Origin: Amphiscolops sp. MND2022
Taxonomy: Eukaryota
Assembly: GCA_964187785.1 (NCBI GenBank)
Contig: OZ076410.1
Coordinates: 54,932,001-54,996,000, forward strand
Direction of reading: 5' to 3'
Length of the DNA stretch: 64,000 bases
Position 1 is the first letter of the stretch. Each line of letters begins with the position of its first letter. A program made the translations under genes and the position numbers. Shown piece by piece: positions 1 to 13,303 of this stretch. The notes below the pieces were generated by a model, which was given only the letters and a program-made list of their open reading frames with translations, made no database searches and was not told the DNA's origin.

Positions 1-54
1 CATAGTTCTGAAAGTATCATATGCTACGCTTCCACAATCAGTAGCCTTGTCAAT

Positions 55-3000
55 GTGTTTCAGTCACTTTTTTACAAATCCGGCCTCCGCAGTGCTTCAC
101 TTGTGAACCAAGCAGTTAGCAAATTGCCGCCTAATATGAGAGAGGGGTGGTGTTTACACACTGTTAAACGGAACTTGTACAGACGCAAATTTCTCGATTT
201 TAACACTTGGCTCCGAGGAAAGTCAGAGGCCTATGACAGGATGCAAGCCACCCAAAAAAGCAACCATGGATGAGTCTGGTCAAGGTGGAGCAAAGCCAAA
301 ATCTCGAGGCATTTTCTTCCAATGTCGAGTCATCAAGATACTCAAAGTCCGTCAAGACCAGTGTCCCTATCAAAACGTTCTAGCCTTGTATCGCTTGCAA
401 AGGACGTCATCCAGTTTGGCGGTGTGCAGTCTTCAAAGAAAAAACACCGACGCAGAGAGCCAAAATAATTGCTGCACACAAACTCTGCTTTTCATGTCTA
501 AACGACGAGCATAGTTTCCGCAAATGTCCGAATCCACGTAAGTGTACGAAGGAAGGAAGCACAAGTAGTCACAATACTTTTTTACATGGAGCTGAACACA
601 TTTTTCTGAGCCGACCAAAACCCGCTGAACAGAGCCAGAGCTTGAACAACCCCAGCAAATCATCCAGCCAAAATCTTCATGACAGCAATTCCTCTCTGAA
701 TTCAGTTACCCTTGTGTCTAAGTCCGATGTGAAAGGACTACTGCAGATAGTCAAAGTGAATCTATCCAGCTCCAATGGTTCACAAACAGCCTGGGCACTC
801 TGAGATTCGGCGTGTAGTCATTCGTGGATGACATGGAAGCTCGCCCAGAATCTGAAACTCGTAGGCCGATCCATTTGTTTGACAGTAAACGGTATCAACT
901 TCCAAGAAGTTGTTAATAGTGAAAGGGTGGAGCTGAATTTGTCGAGTCTCGACAGATCGCGAGAGACCTATAAATTGTCTCTTTACCTGAAAGACAACAT
1001 CAACGTTGGCACTCATGTTATCGATATTGCGTCTCTCCAATCAATTTACCCAAACCTTGCACCGTTAAAAGACGAAAAATACAGCTACTCTGACGTGGAA
1101 CTAATTTTGGACAGGATGCGTTTCAAGCCATCCGACTGATGGTGTATTTCGAGTCCGATTTGAAAAACTTCCCCGTCGCAGTCCGTCTACCTCTAGGATG
1201 GGTCTTGAGCGGTCCTCTTCCAACCAGTTTCGGTCTGATAGCCACATGCTTCGAACCAAATACCGATCCCGACTCGCTTCCGGCTCAGCTTCGAGCTTGG
1301 TATGACATCGAATCATTCGGTGCAATGAAACAGGTGGATCCGCGTTCAACTGCCGACAAACGAGCGCTGGAAATCCTGAACGATACAACTTACCACGACG
1401 GTACTCGCTACTAAGTGGGATTGCTTTGGGCTAATGATGACGCCCTACCAGATAACTATTATGCCGCTCTCGTCCAACTAAAGTCACTTGAAAGGAGACT
1501 TGAGAAAGACCTCGTATTGAAAAATAGATACCGTGAGACAATGACTTCCGACCTGGCGAACGGCTACATCATTGAAGTACCTCCGTACGATCGCACGAAA
1601 AGATCAAGACGTGAATGGTTCCTTCCTCACCAACCTGTGGTGAATCCCAATAAAACTGCAAAAGTGGGACGCGTTCTCAACGGTGCAGCCAAGTTTCAGA
1701 AAGCATCGCTGAACAACTCTCGCCTTAGAGGACCCGACCTGCTTCAAAAGTTAATGCATACCCTACTCCGTTTTCACGAGTATAAATTTGCCATTTCCGC
1801 TGATAACGAAGGCATGTTCCTTCAAGTCGGTGTTTTGGATCAAAATCAGCCATCCATTCAATTTTTGTGACGGGATGACCCCAACGACGACATTGTGATT
1901 TACCAATATGTGCGACACCTATTTGGGGCAAAAGACTCCCCAAAAGAGGCTTCAAACTCACCAAGTTTGCAAGTAATTTTCCGGCACTAACTGCTGAACT
2001 GAATGCGATCGAGTTACCTCTCGACACGGAACAAACCAAAAGTATCTCAGACATTTTGGGCACTTCCTCCCACGTGCTTGGGCTGAATTGGGATCATTCA
2101 AGTGATAGCCTCGTCGTCAGTCGAGGAATAAATAAAGATGTCCCCTCCACTCTAACACAGCGAGCTGTGCTAAGCCTAGTTGCTGCTGTTTTTGAGCCCA
2201 TTGCGCTTGTCGCACCGTTCACGGTCAGAGCGAGGCTCCTGTTGAAAGACGTTTGGCGCGTTTCTGGTCAAGAATGGGATGACTAACTCTCAACTGACAC
2301 AGCTCAGAAGATTACTGAATGGATAAACGAGTTACCCCGTCGAAGCGTAATGACAATCCACGGCAGCTATTTTCCCGTTGATGTTGATCAAATTGAATTG
2401 CACGTATATGGGGACAGCTCACAGGAGGTTTTCAGCGCTGTCGCCTTTTTACGTGGAAGGCCGTGTGTAGCTACCAAAGGAAATCCATTTTTGTTGTTTG
2501 TCACCGGAAAGCCCGTGTAGCTCCAATGAAATCGTTGACAGTCCCTAAAGTGGAACTGCAAGCTGCACTCGTAGCCGCTAGGTTGTGTGCCGAAATTCAC
2601 CAAGCTCTCACCCGTCCGATTGATAACACTTTTCTTTGGTCTGATAGTACCACCGTTTAGCAATGGTTTCAATCTACTGCAAAGCAACCCATTTTCATTG
2701 CGAACAGAATTTGTGAATTTGTGAGATTTTAGAACTGACAACCATAGACCAGTGGAATTATGTTAGCTCATCCGACAACCCCGCCGACGCTGGGACTAGA
2801 GGCCTCTCCGCTGAAGCCCTCAAGTCTAGCAGCTGGTATTTGAGGCCTGCATTGTTGCGGTCAGGTGATTGGTCCTTCAAACCTGACAATGCTGTTCTCA
2901 AAGATCTGAAAAGTGGTACTGGCGAGGAAAGCGCTTTACCCTCCACCGAGATCGTCGAAAGTCCACCGAAAATAATCCAATGGGAGAACTTCAGTTCCTT

Positions 3001-4423
3001 CAAGAAACTACAGCGCATTATGGTTTATGTTCTGCGCATCCTCCCGAAACATAGTCACTTCCGAACTCCCGACAGAAGGATTGTTGACTATTCCGAACTT
3101 TCTCTCGCTAAATCAAAGTTTTTGTCCATGGCACAACGTGAATCGTTCTACCTTGAAATGGAAAATCTCCTTGATGGACAACATCTCCACCCGAAAACCG
3201 TATACGTGCCTATTCACCGTTCATTAGTGCTATCGGCCTAATGCGATCCACCGGTCGTGTCAAACGTCTGAGCGAAACCACTTACGATGTCAAGCATCCA
3301 ATCATTCTGGACGGTCGACACAGGCTTGTCCATTGGTTACTCCAGCACCTGCATGATTTGCATTACCACCCAGGTGTGGACTTCATGCGGGCTCAAGTCC
3401 AACAACACTATGCCGTTCTCAAATTGACGAACATCTTGCGTAAAATTGAAAGTTCCTGTCTGGTGTGTCGTCGTAGAAAGGCTGAGACGTTATCTCTTAT
3501 GATGGCAGAGCGACTTCCGAAACAGCGACTTCCGTTCCATAAACCACCTTTCACAATGACAGGTGTGGATTATTTTGGGGAGAAGCGATGGGCTTTCTTA
3601 TTCACGTGCTTGACGACCTGAGCCCTACACCTAGATTTCGTCCCCTCTCTAGATACCAATTCGTGTGTCATGGAAATAGTCAGATTTGCCGCGTGCCGCC
3701 GATCGCCGTCCGTAATTTGGCCAGAAAACGGTACGAATTTCGTCAGGAGAGCGACTGATCTTGTCGAGAACAAAAGAAAATGGAATGAGCAAGCACGCGA
3801 ACTCCTGGTTCAGTGAAAAATACTTGGAAGTTTAACCCCCTGGCACACGTCACCAAGTGGGATTGTCGGACCGTTTAGTCCGCAGTTGTAAACGGGCCTT
3901 TTACTTCATCCTTGGCGACCGTCGTCTCACCGATGAAATCCTCTTGACTGTCTTCTGTTTGGTCAAACAGACTTTGAACGCACGACCATTAACCCCAGTG
4001 AGCTCTGATACAAATGACACAGATGAATTGACGCCCAATCATTTCCTCCTTGGGGTACTGAACACCGGGTTTCCGCCCACCACCTCCGCAATAGACTTCA
4101 AATCATCAGAAACGGTACGCGCGGGCACAATCTTAAGCTGATGCAATCTTGGCACGATGGTTAGAAGAGTACATTCCCCTACTTAATCGCCAAAATAAGT
4201 GAGCCACGGATAACAGCAGAACCCTGAACCCAGACGATCTTGTCTGGATAGTTGAAGCGTCCAATCCCAGAGGCCATTACCCTACTGCGCGAATCGACTC
4301 GCTAAATTTTGGTTCAGACGGGATTGCACGATCCGCAAATTTGACTTCGGAATCCCGAACCTATACGAGACCCCTGATAAAAGTTGTACCTTTATTTGAG
4401 CCGACACTTTCCGGGGCGGAGAA
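55..4423 (+). mobile_element. Decayed BEL/Pao LTR retrotransposon (gag-pol remnant with many stops and frameshifts)
   Basis: Fragments in BEL order: protease region AL*DSACSHSW (~790-825) and PLGWVLSGP; RT WFLPHQPVVNPNK...GPDLLQKL...ADNEGMFLQV; HVLGLNWD; RNase H ELHVYGDSS, KARVAPMK, FLWSDSTTV; integrase HPIILDG...HPG...CLVC, PFTMTGVDYFG, LTPNHFLLG; C-terminal RPLIKVVPL. Recognised from established BEL/Pao motifs. Confidence 0.9.
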
Positions 4424-5012
4424 TGTTGACAATTGTTTGTCAACAACAAATGAAAATCGTGTTTCACCTAATTAAAATACCAATGACCTTCACGTTACCG
4501 ATGAGTTTTCGAAACCCGCCAAAGGACGGTTTGGGCGAACCGATTCTCTTTTTTGATTAACCATAAAACATAAACACAAAACTTTCGCACTCTGAATTTA
4601 CTTGACATGTAAAAATGACGGATATGCCATTTTGATTGACAGCTGACTTTTGTTGTGAAATATTCAATTTCATCGACATTTAATTGTACGCACTATGGAT
4701 AAACATTGAATCATCGGTGCTAAAATTCATGTACTTACAATATTAAAGCTGCCATTTTGTGTTCACTGAAACGTTGCAGGCTCAAACGCCTATCCGTTTT
4801 TGTTCATGAATGAATCTCGAAGCCTTAGCATTGTACAATGACCAAGTTATTTCGAAATCCATTGTTATTTTAATAACATTGTTTCTTTCTCACCGAATCG
4901 GCAGACTTAGAGGAAACATTTTGGTTCCGCCACACGGGATCAGCTACCATCCCGAACCAATTATTTCCCACCCAACATTTTCGATGTGGAAGTGACTCCT
5001 CAACGGTCAACA
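4413..5012 (+). repeat. Polypurine tract (4413-4423) and candidate 3' LTR of the BEL element
   Basis: GGGGCGGAGAA is followed directly by TGTTGAC at 4424; a reverse-complement GTCAACA at 5006-5012 is a possible LTR end. No second LTR is in the window, so the right boundary is tentative. Confidence 0.4.
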
Positions 5013-5334
5013 TCCCACGACCCAACTTCGCACTGCCATTTCCGAAGTTTGCATCAGATCAACAGAGCTCTTCAGTGCACGGATGAACCCGCAGCTACAA
5101 CAACCCATGTTCAGCTAAGTACATAAGGGTTGCTAAATGAAAACAAACTTTGAAATTTTTTGATTGAAAAACAAACTGTAATACTTCAAAAACGTTATCC
5201 CTTGTCCCTTTTCTAATCCACGTTGCTAATGTGTATATTCGTTGTGTTTTTTCAGAAGGACAATGGGCTAATCTCTAGTAGCGAACACTTGTACTCAAGT
5301 TCCTAGCCATACCTTTCGCGGGCTCGAAAAAAAG

Positions 5335-5631
5335 TTGATGGTGTTCATCTTAGGAGCTAGCTCGCTCCATCATGCAATTAAAACTTTGCCAAAAAACACT
5401 CGTAAGCAAATCAAGATGCGTGTTTTCACTGTACCTGGGTTGATTTGTAACCCAAACACCGTCAATAAAAGGAAACCCATTCAATTGTTGTTGAATAATT
5501 GCTTCAAACGCGAAGGATCAAAAAATTTATCTGCCGTTTTTTCGATTCATCCCATTTTACGTTACAGCGATTTCGTGAAAATTGCAAACTATATAGTTTA
5601 CGGAAAAAAAAGATCCAGGGCATTTAGGTGA
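5335..5631 (+). other. Short ORF or fragment of unknown origin (VFILGASSLHHAI...)
   Basis: 98-aa ORF between the BEL remnant and the Gypsy-1 5' LTR. The N-terminal beta-strand plus GASS resembles SGNH block I only loosely. Confidence 0.25.
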
Positions 5632-5785
5632 ACGAAGCCAACAGTTTCTGGCCATGGAGTCTATTTAAGTATTGCTTTAAAGTATGGAAAATGTAATTTT
5701 GTTTCACACCAACAAGTATAAAACCACTCAACTGCTAAAAAAGCAGAATTAAATGAAGATATGTGAATGTAAAGCACAATCCAGT

Positions 5786-7865
5786 TGTCACGACCCGCTC
5801 CCGGTCGGTGCTACACTTGCCATGAAGGGATACAAAAATTTGCCACCGGACTCGGCCATGGAGCTTTCAGAAAGTGAATAAGTAAATCTTTTACCTTGTC
5901 TTTCCTAAGTTACAGCACGACAAAATTGCTAAGGCGGAAGAATTTTTTCAATAAACGTAACCGTTACGTAAGAATCCAAAAGTGATGTCTGACAAGAAAC
6001 TCCCGGTCTATTGATTCACGCCTAAAATATTTTATTTCCGGTCTCAGTCCGCACCGTTTTCCATATCAATCTAAACGAATAAAATTAAACACGAATGAAA
6101 GAAGAGTAATTTCTTTTCACCCTGAAATTCAAAACAGAGACCAATATTTGAATTCGCGATCCCAACGGATAACCTTGTCAAATAGTCTAAAAAAGGAAAA
6201 TACAAAAAACAATAGAAATGGCACAGTAGTGGTTGAAGGAGCTGTCAAAATCTATTCAGGTTACAAGTGCGTAATCTAAATAAACATTAACAACGTAATG
6301 GACGCAGCTGAGACTGGGACAGGTGATTTGTATTTTCTAATTTTACGGACAAATAGCGTTGCAGTTAAGACCAGCGTATTTGCGCTCAAACTAGTAAGAA
6401 GTATTCAAATGACGTCACTGAAAATGATTTGGAATGATTTCGTTGCTCCGCTATACCTCCTTTGCTAGCTAGCTCGCTATATCCAATCTTAATACGTAGG
6501 GAGCAACTACAGAGCGAATTATAAAGCTAAGGTCTGTTAAGCTAGATATAACCAATTTTATTACGTACGGAGCAGTTACGGAACAAATTTCAAAACTAAA
6601 TGGTGTTAAGCTTGCTATTAACAATTTTAATACGTACGGAGCAGCCACGGAACAAATTGTAAGATCACGATTGCCTTAGTCCGCCATAGTTGACAATTCT
6701 AGAACTATATTGTTCCGAATACCTTCCGTTTTGATAAGGATGATTCAGAAAGTCGTGCTGTAGGTTAAGGCAACGATTTTAAATACCTTTGCATGGTGTG
6801 ATGATAAACAAAGTTGCTCTTCACTACGCTATTGTCTTGTCGATTGTTTGCTTGAGAAACCTATCTGTTACAATTCATGAACATGTAAAGTTGCTGTATA
6901 TTAATACGATGTTATAGAACATGTAAGCCCAATTGTTATCCCGTATTCATCACTTTCCAGTGTCATTTGCTCCTTCCACGAAACAGCTCAAACATTTTAG
7001 CCTCTTAGCTAGGATTTTCCGCAATATCACCGGAGTTTTTTCTGCTTGTCATTGTTTTACCGTGAAAGGATGTTTTTTCGCTAGTCTAGAGCTGAATCAT
7101 TGTTCACGTCAGCGTGCTTGTTTCGGTAGAAATTTAACTAGACTTTTATTTTGCCGCCATTTCTTTGACTAAACCGGAAATGGAATTGTTAAACAAAAAT
7201 GTTTTCAACGGACACTCCGTAAGGGAGCCGCAACTAGGAAATTTGAAACCTGACCAAACGATCAAAGGGCTGAAATAAAAAGGATGATTAAGCATTTTTA
7301 GTGATCAAAACCGCTTTTTAGGATTCCTATGAATTTTTAGGTCAGGATCAAATGATGCTGAGGAAGAATATATATCTAAGGCGCATGCAAATATTCAATT
7401 CAAACCCTTTTGCCGTTACGTGAATAAAACCTTGAAAAACCAACCACTTTTCTTTGAAGAATTCCAAAATTTCCAAAGAACTCTCTTTCTCTTTTTCTAA
7501 AATGACTACTAGAAGCCAGAAAAGGAAAGATGTAGAAGAATTGTTTTCTGTTGACCAAGAGACTCCTTAGAGTGGAAATAATCATAGTGAAAATCCCGTA
7601 GCTGGAACGAGTAAATCACCAAAAGTTCGAACTGAGAACTTAGAGGAAATCTACTCTTGGGAAAGAGATTCTTTCTGATCTCACAAAAATTTTAGCTGAA
7701 AACCAAAAAGCAATAGCACCTATTGCCAAAAAACAAATTACGTTGACCGTTCCCAAAGAAATTGATTCTGAATTCGAAAACGTTCCGTTAGCAGTAACAT
7801 CTACACCTAAAAAGCTAAAACCACTGCAACTACTCAGAAAACTACTCCGATAAATAGTCGTAACA
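5786..7865 (+). repeat. Gypsy-1 5' LTR (2080 bp)
   Basis: Colinear with 14950-17017, with many substitutions and small indels (roughly 85-90% by eye, not computed). Confidence 0.88.
6479..6665 (+). repeat. Three ~69-bp degenerate tandem units in the Gypsy-1 LTR (also at 15636-15822)
   Basis: Core TTA(A/T)TACGTACGGAGCA..ACGGAACAAATT recurs three times at ~69-bp spacing in both LTRs. Confidence 0.75.
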
Positions 7866-8859
7866 TGGTGACAGGAGTCCTTAATGAATCCACGAATCTG
7901 GGGAAAAGGAAAACACGCCCACATCGGCCACAAAGTCTGCCGCCCAACGAACGTCCCTCGGCATCAAGACTATTGTTCACACCACAAACGGACGTATACC
8001 AACCGCCGAATTTGCCCCCTATGCCAAAAGCGCTCACAGCATTACTACCATTGTTTGATAATAAGTCTGAAAAATTCGGACTTCACGAAGACTTTTTAAG
8101 GAACAATATAAAAACGCATCCGCACATAACCGAGATACAGAAAATTGACTACTTCCACTCCCTACTCCGCGGCAACGCACTTCAAGCGTACTGCAACTAC
8201 GGATGACGTTTATAAAGATAGTCTTGAGGAGGTAATCACCACATTCAAATGTCGATTTGGAAATTTTCAACCGTCCGCCAAGGCTAGATGTGCGTGGGAC
8301 TCGTTACAATTTGACCCAACCAAACAAAAGCTCCACGAATTTCTTGACGTACTGCAAAAGACTGCAAAAGAAGCCATATATGCAAAAATGCCGCACCATG
8401 TCAAAAAAACCCTCAACCGCGCTTACCTCCAAGACAAACCGTATAACGACATCGTCCTACATCTCGAAAGAGAGATGCGCCTCAACGGCCGAGCGCTCAT
8501 GACGACACCACTCTCATACCGCTAAATTCAGTTGACGTTGCCTCGTCGGAAACCAAGAAAGAACCAAACCAGCGAGGAAATTGCTTTCTCTGGGGCAAAT
8601 ATGGCCTCTATAAAACGCGGTGTCGCAAGCTGAGAACAAACAGATACCACGACATTAAAGCGCAGATTGGAGCCATCAACACGGTTGCACTGCCAAAAAC
8701 AAAATGTGACACATGTGGGGAAACCCATAAAACAGAGAACTGTTGGAACGGAGCAAACGCGGCAAACGACCCCAGAAAACGACGCCACGAGTTTGCCATA
8801 CCACAAGTCAAATAAGCGAACAACCCATTCCCACAATTGAAATCCAGACAAAAAACTAA
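7502..8859 (+). pseudogene. gag: Gypsy-1 gag remnant, starting inside the LTR (MTTRSQKRK...)
   Basis: Fragments ALTALLPLFDNKSEKFGLHEDF, AKMPHHVKKTLNRAYL, and knuckles CFLWGKYGLYKTRC and CDTCGETHKTENC; ends AAAAAAC-TAA at 8850-8859. Confidence 0.8.
7866..7879 (+). promoter_or_regulatory. Primer binding site TGGTGACAGGAGTC (probably tRNA-Leu type)
   Basis: Directly follows the LTR-terminal CA; identical over 14 nt to the PBS at 25144. Close to the complement of the tRNA-Leu 3' end (TGGTGTCAGGAGT); the tRNA identity is inferred. Confidence 0.75.
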
Positions 8860-11800
8860 GATCGCCGAGCCTACGCTTCGGGGAAACGGTAGACGCGAGT
8901 GCATTTACCATCGAGGATCCCCCGAATCGATTTGAACAAGACTTTATGATTGAGTGTAAATAAGAACCAACCCAAGACTGGCAACGGCGATGGAACGTCG
9001 GCATGATCCTCCGCCACAACGCCAGACACCCGAATGACCCAAAACAACTCCATTTATGGATAACGGAATCACCAGATGCCTATACTACACTCAAACGACC
9101 ACTGCCAGAAACGAAAACTGACAGGATTAATCTTTATGACATAGATTACCGAAGTCATAACCGCTGAAGCAGCCATCTACGACGCAAACGCCCTCTCTTT
9201 CAAGGTACAGATCACAAATCCACAGGAACATCCCGAAACAATACCGGAATTCCCTCACCAATGTCACCGATCCTGAAAAAGTCAGACTCAACACCGACAG
9301 CGCCCGTCACTGTCACGTCTACACCAAAAGACGCCGAGGACATCATCTGTATTGAAGACAAAACTATTTGGTCACGACAAGCAAAACAACAAAGGGAGGA
9401 CATACTTCCTCTCTCCCCACCACCACAAACCGCACATACAACGGAAGCACCTAGCAACAACGAAAGCGTAAACGGAATGCCCACAACAACTGCCTTACGA
9501 TCTCAATGTCATCAGAGAATTCATACAACACGATAAAGATGACGATTATATCCCGTTATTATCAACGATTGCACTTAAGAAAAAAAGAGGATGCTTTTCA
9601 TCCCCCTTGAATTCCAAAAGGTCAAAATCAACGCTCTAGTACGACTCAGGGGCCTACATAAATGTCATCAGCGATCGAGACGCGGAGAAAAAACAAAGGG
9701 AATCACATGCGTCCATAATCGAAAAAGCACCACCACCTTCTTTCAAAATACAATAGGCCAACACCAAACTTGAGAACGCCCTTGCCTCATACACGCTGAA
9801 ATTCAAAATCGAAGACAATAAGTTCGAAGAAACCTTAATCATCATGACCAAAACGTCCTACCCAATAATCGGTCTGGCTTTCCTCCGAAAACACTCCGCA
9901 ATACTTGACACCGCACAAGGCACTATCGACTTCACGAAAATACAAATCACCTTTGCTCTAAGAGACGAGCTGCAGAAGTGCAACCCGAAACCCATAACCA
10001 TTAAGACTGAGGGAAAACGTACCATCCCAGCTTAGGCTACACGAATCATCCACGCGTCTATAACTGTGAGTAATGACCACCCAATAACTGCCACAGTTCG
10101 ATGAGGCAGCGAAACTCATCGTATTTCCAGCCATAACAACAGCTCGAGACAAACGCGTAGCCATAAAAATAGCCAACACAACAGATTTACCTCACACAAA
10201 TAACCCACACGAAATTGGCAGAACTACAAATACTAAAAACCGAAGAAACGAAATCGATACAGCCGGTAGACATAGCATCACTCAACTTTCTCACAGGACA
10301 GAACGACGTTGTCGCGTATGCCAATGCCCTAATGCAAGTCGATTCCCCAGAAAATACAGAAGAAAAATTCTGGTTCCCAACACCCGAGAATCCCGGAGAT
10401 GAGTCAAAACACACCCCCATCCAACAACGACTTCTCAGAGAATTACGAGAACTACACTACGAGACACTAAACAAGACGAACGCTCTAGAACGCAGTGTTT
10501 AAATGGAACAACTCACTAATAACGGGAGAAGATCGTGAAAATCGGGAGTCCATCATTGTCGAATTCAATGACATTTTCCCCCGCCACCGCCTCGACATCG
10601 GAATGATTACTCAATTCAAGGTTTGTTCAACTCCCAAAAATGACAAGCTAGTATACACACTGAGCTTACCAGTACCCATAAACCTCAAGGACGACCTCAC
10701 AGTGGAACTGGCCCTAATGCACAAATATGGGATCATCACAACCCTTCCATTTTCCAGATACACCAGCCTCATCTTTGCCCAACGTAAACCCTGCGGAAAA
10801 CTGCGTCTACTAGTGGACTTACGGAAGATCAACGCCCTCATCTCCGATGACTACATCAACAACAACCACCCCATCAGCACACTCTCAGATGCTGCGCAAC
10901 ACCTAGCGGGGAAAAGATGTTCTGTAAACTCGACTGCTCCCAAGCCTACCACTGCCTTCAAATGGCAGATCAAAGGTCAGTAGAACTGCTTGCGTTTAAT
11001 TTTGCTAGTAGGACATTTGCGTACCGCAGGCTGGCCCAGGGACTTAGTAGGGCCTTGTCAGCATTCTCGAGCTTCATGCGGGAGTACCTCGACACTGTCA
11101 TCAAAGTCGATCAGTGTGCCCAAAATGTAGACGATATTGGGGTTGTCGCCAATACAACGGAGCAACTCATAGAGAAAATCAGAGCAGTTTTCAATTGCAT
11201 ACGCAAAGCTGACCTAAATTGGACAATTGAAAAAGGCCGCTTTGGCGTCACCCAAGTTGAATCATGCAGCAGGTTCACAAAACACTGCCGCCGACTTCCT
11301 GTCTCGGGACGATGTCATAACGGCGCCCATCGAAATCAACCTACAGTCAACAGATGTCGCTGATGAAGAACAGCTCGTTTTCCTACCAGACGAGGAAGAA
11401 GAATCGGAACAAGGAATTTTCCCAAGGAAAGAACTTAGTAAACAACAAGCAATCGAAGACAAAAAGCAACGAAACCTTTCTACAGAAATAACAGAAACAG
11501 TCAGAATACCACTCATTACATCAGTCTACGCATTTGGAGCGATCGAAGAAAACGCCCGAAAACGTAACGAACAGGACTCAGACTCACTCCTGAAGGCACA
11601 AAAGTTGCGCCTTCTACACGAAGAATGCAACACGCATCTTCTCAAAACCAAACCACGAGGAAGAAGCCTCTTACGCCACGAAGTAAGAATAGTAGTCAAA
11701 GATGGAATCCTCATGCGGAAAATTACGGAAAGGACGGCACAGTCACGCACCACCAAATTCTGATACCGAAGCACAAAATACGAGAACTACTATCAACGCT

Positions 11801-13303
11801 ACATGGAAAAACCAATAAACATCCAGGAATAACCAAAATTATCCAGCAATGCTGAGCAAAACACTACTACCCGGTACTAGCACGGAAGATTAGGGCCTGT
11901 ATCATCAACTGCCGTAATTGCATAGCAAACAAACGCATACATATACGGCAAATACGCCCGAAAATGCTTAGCAACGCAGAATTCACATTCGGACCCGAAG
12001 ACTGCTTGGAATTTGACATACTACCGAACCTAGCTTCATCAAACAGCTACAAGCACATGGTTGTCTTCTCCCGATACCTCGTCGCATACCCTACCCAAGA
12101 TATGACAGCCAAGACAGTCGGCCGTTGCATTGTCGACATAATGACACGTCACTGTTACCTCCCAACAGTGGTCCTCACAGATAAGGGGTTTTAATTTCGC
12201 TCGGATGTCGTAAACCAAATATCCCCGACCCTTGACGTACGGATCAGCCACGCATCGACAGAACATGCCCAAACAATAGGGAAAGTTGAAACGACACATG
12301 CATCACTAAAAACGTCCCGAAAAGTATCAACGGGAGAACGACGCTCAATGTGGCATAGATATGTACAAATTGCAGTCATGAACTACAACACGAGATACCA
12401 TGAAAATTTAGGCTGCGAATCGACAACAGAATTTCACGGACGAATTCCGTACAATATCCTGGACATCGAACTGGGGCTTAAGCCAGAATGAAAAAAAAGA
12501 ACACAACGCAGAACGTACGGACGAATTACAGAAACAGATAGCTGATATCCACCAAGCTGCCAAAGACAACCTCATGTAATCCTACTTGAAATACAAGCGA
12601 TACTGTATTAAAGAAGCGACAGCAACGCCATTGAAAGTCAATGACTATTGCTATGTCCTGAATCCGAAGGCTGTAACCAGTCAATGGAAATTGCATTCAA
12701 AGATTGCATTTTGACTGATCCCTACATAGTAGACAAAGTTCTCTACGAAGAACAAGAAGACGTTACACTCGAACCCTCCATAGAATTATAGAATTCGCCT
12801 AAGGCTCTATGCGCCCAATCATCGAGTACCTGAGGTAACAGTCAAAGTGGAAGATCAACTTCTGGATCCTGAGGTTAAAACAACCCATGACGATTGGTAC
12901 GCGCAAGCTTGGGAATCGGAATTCGGAGAAGTTCTTTTTCGGAAACGCATCGGAAAAGTAAAATGAAGAAGCTACAATAACAGAAGTACCCATTGATGAC
13001 GGAATTACAACGGAAAACGGAGCGGTTATAACAATTGCAGATGAAAATTTAGCAGAGATACAAACATCCTCCGGAGATATTACGTCAATCAACTTAGATA
13101 TTAGTGACAAACCCTACATAATGACTCCGCCGCCTATGGCAAGCCCCCCAATACCACCTACTCTGCTGCCTATAGTTGTTGGATATAATCCACGAAAAAC
13201 TGAAAGATACAACTTACGTCCTAACCCTAGACCTATCGCAAACCCAGAGTTTAGGATGCTTGACGCTGTCACTATGGCAGAAGAACCTCAGACTCGAGAC
13301 TGA
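8860..13303 (+). pseudogene. pol: Gypsy-1 pol remnant (PR, RT, RNase H mostly deleted, IN)
   Basis: ELALMHKYGIITTLPFSRYTS, FCKLDCSQAYHCLQMAD, AQNVDDIG, NTAADFLSR, HGKTNKHPG, FDILPNL, TDKG, and C-terminal RYNLRPNP. Confidence 0.88.
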
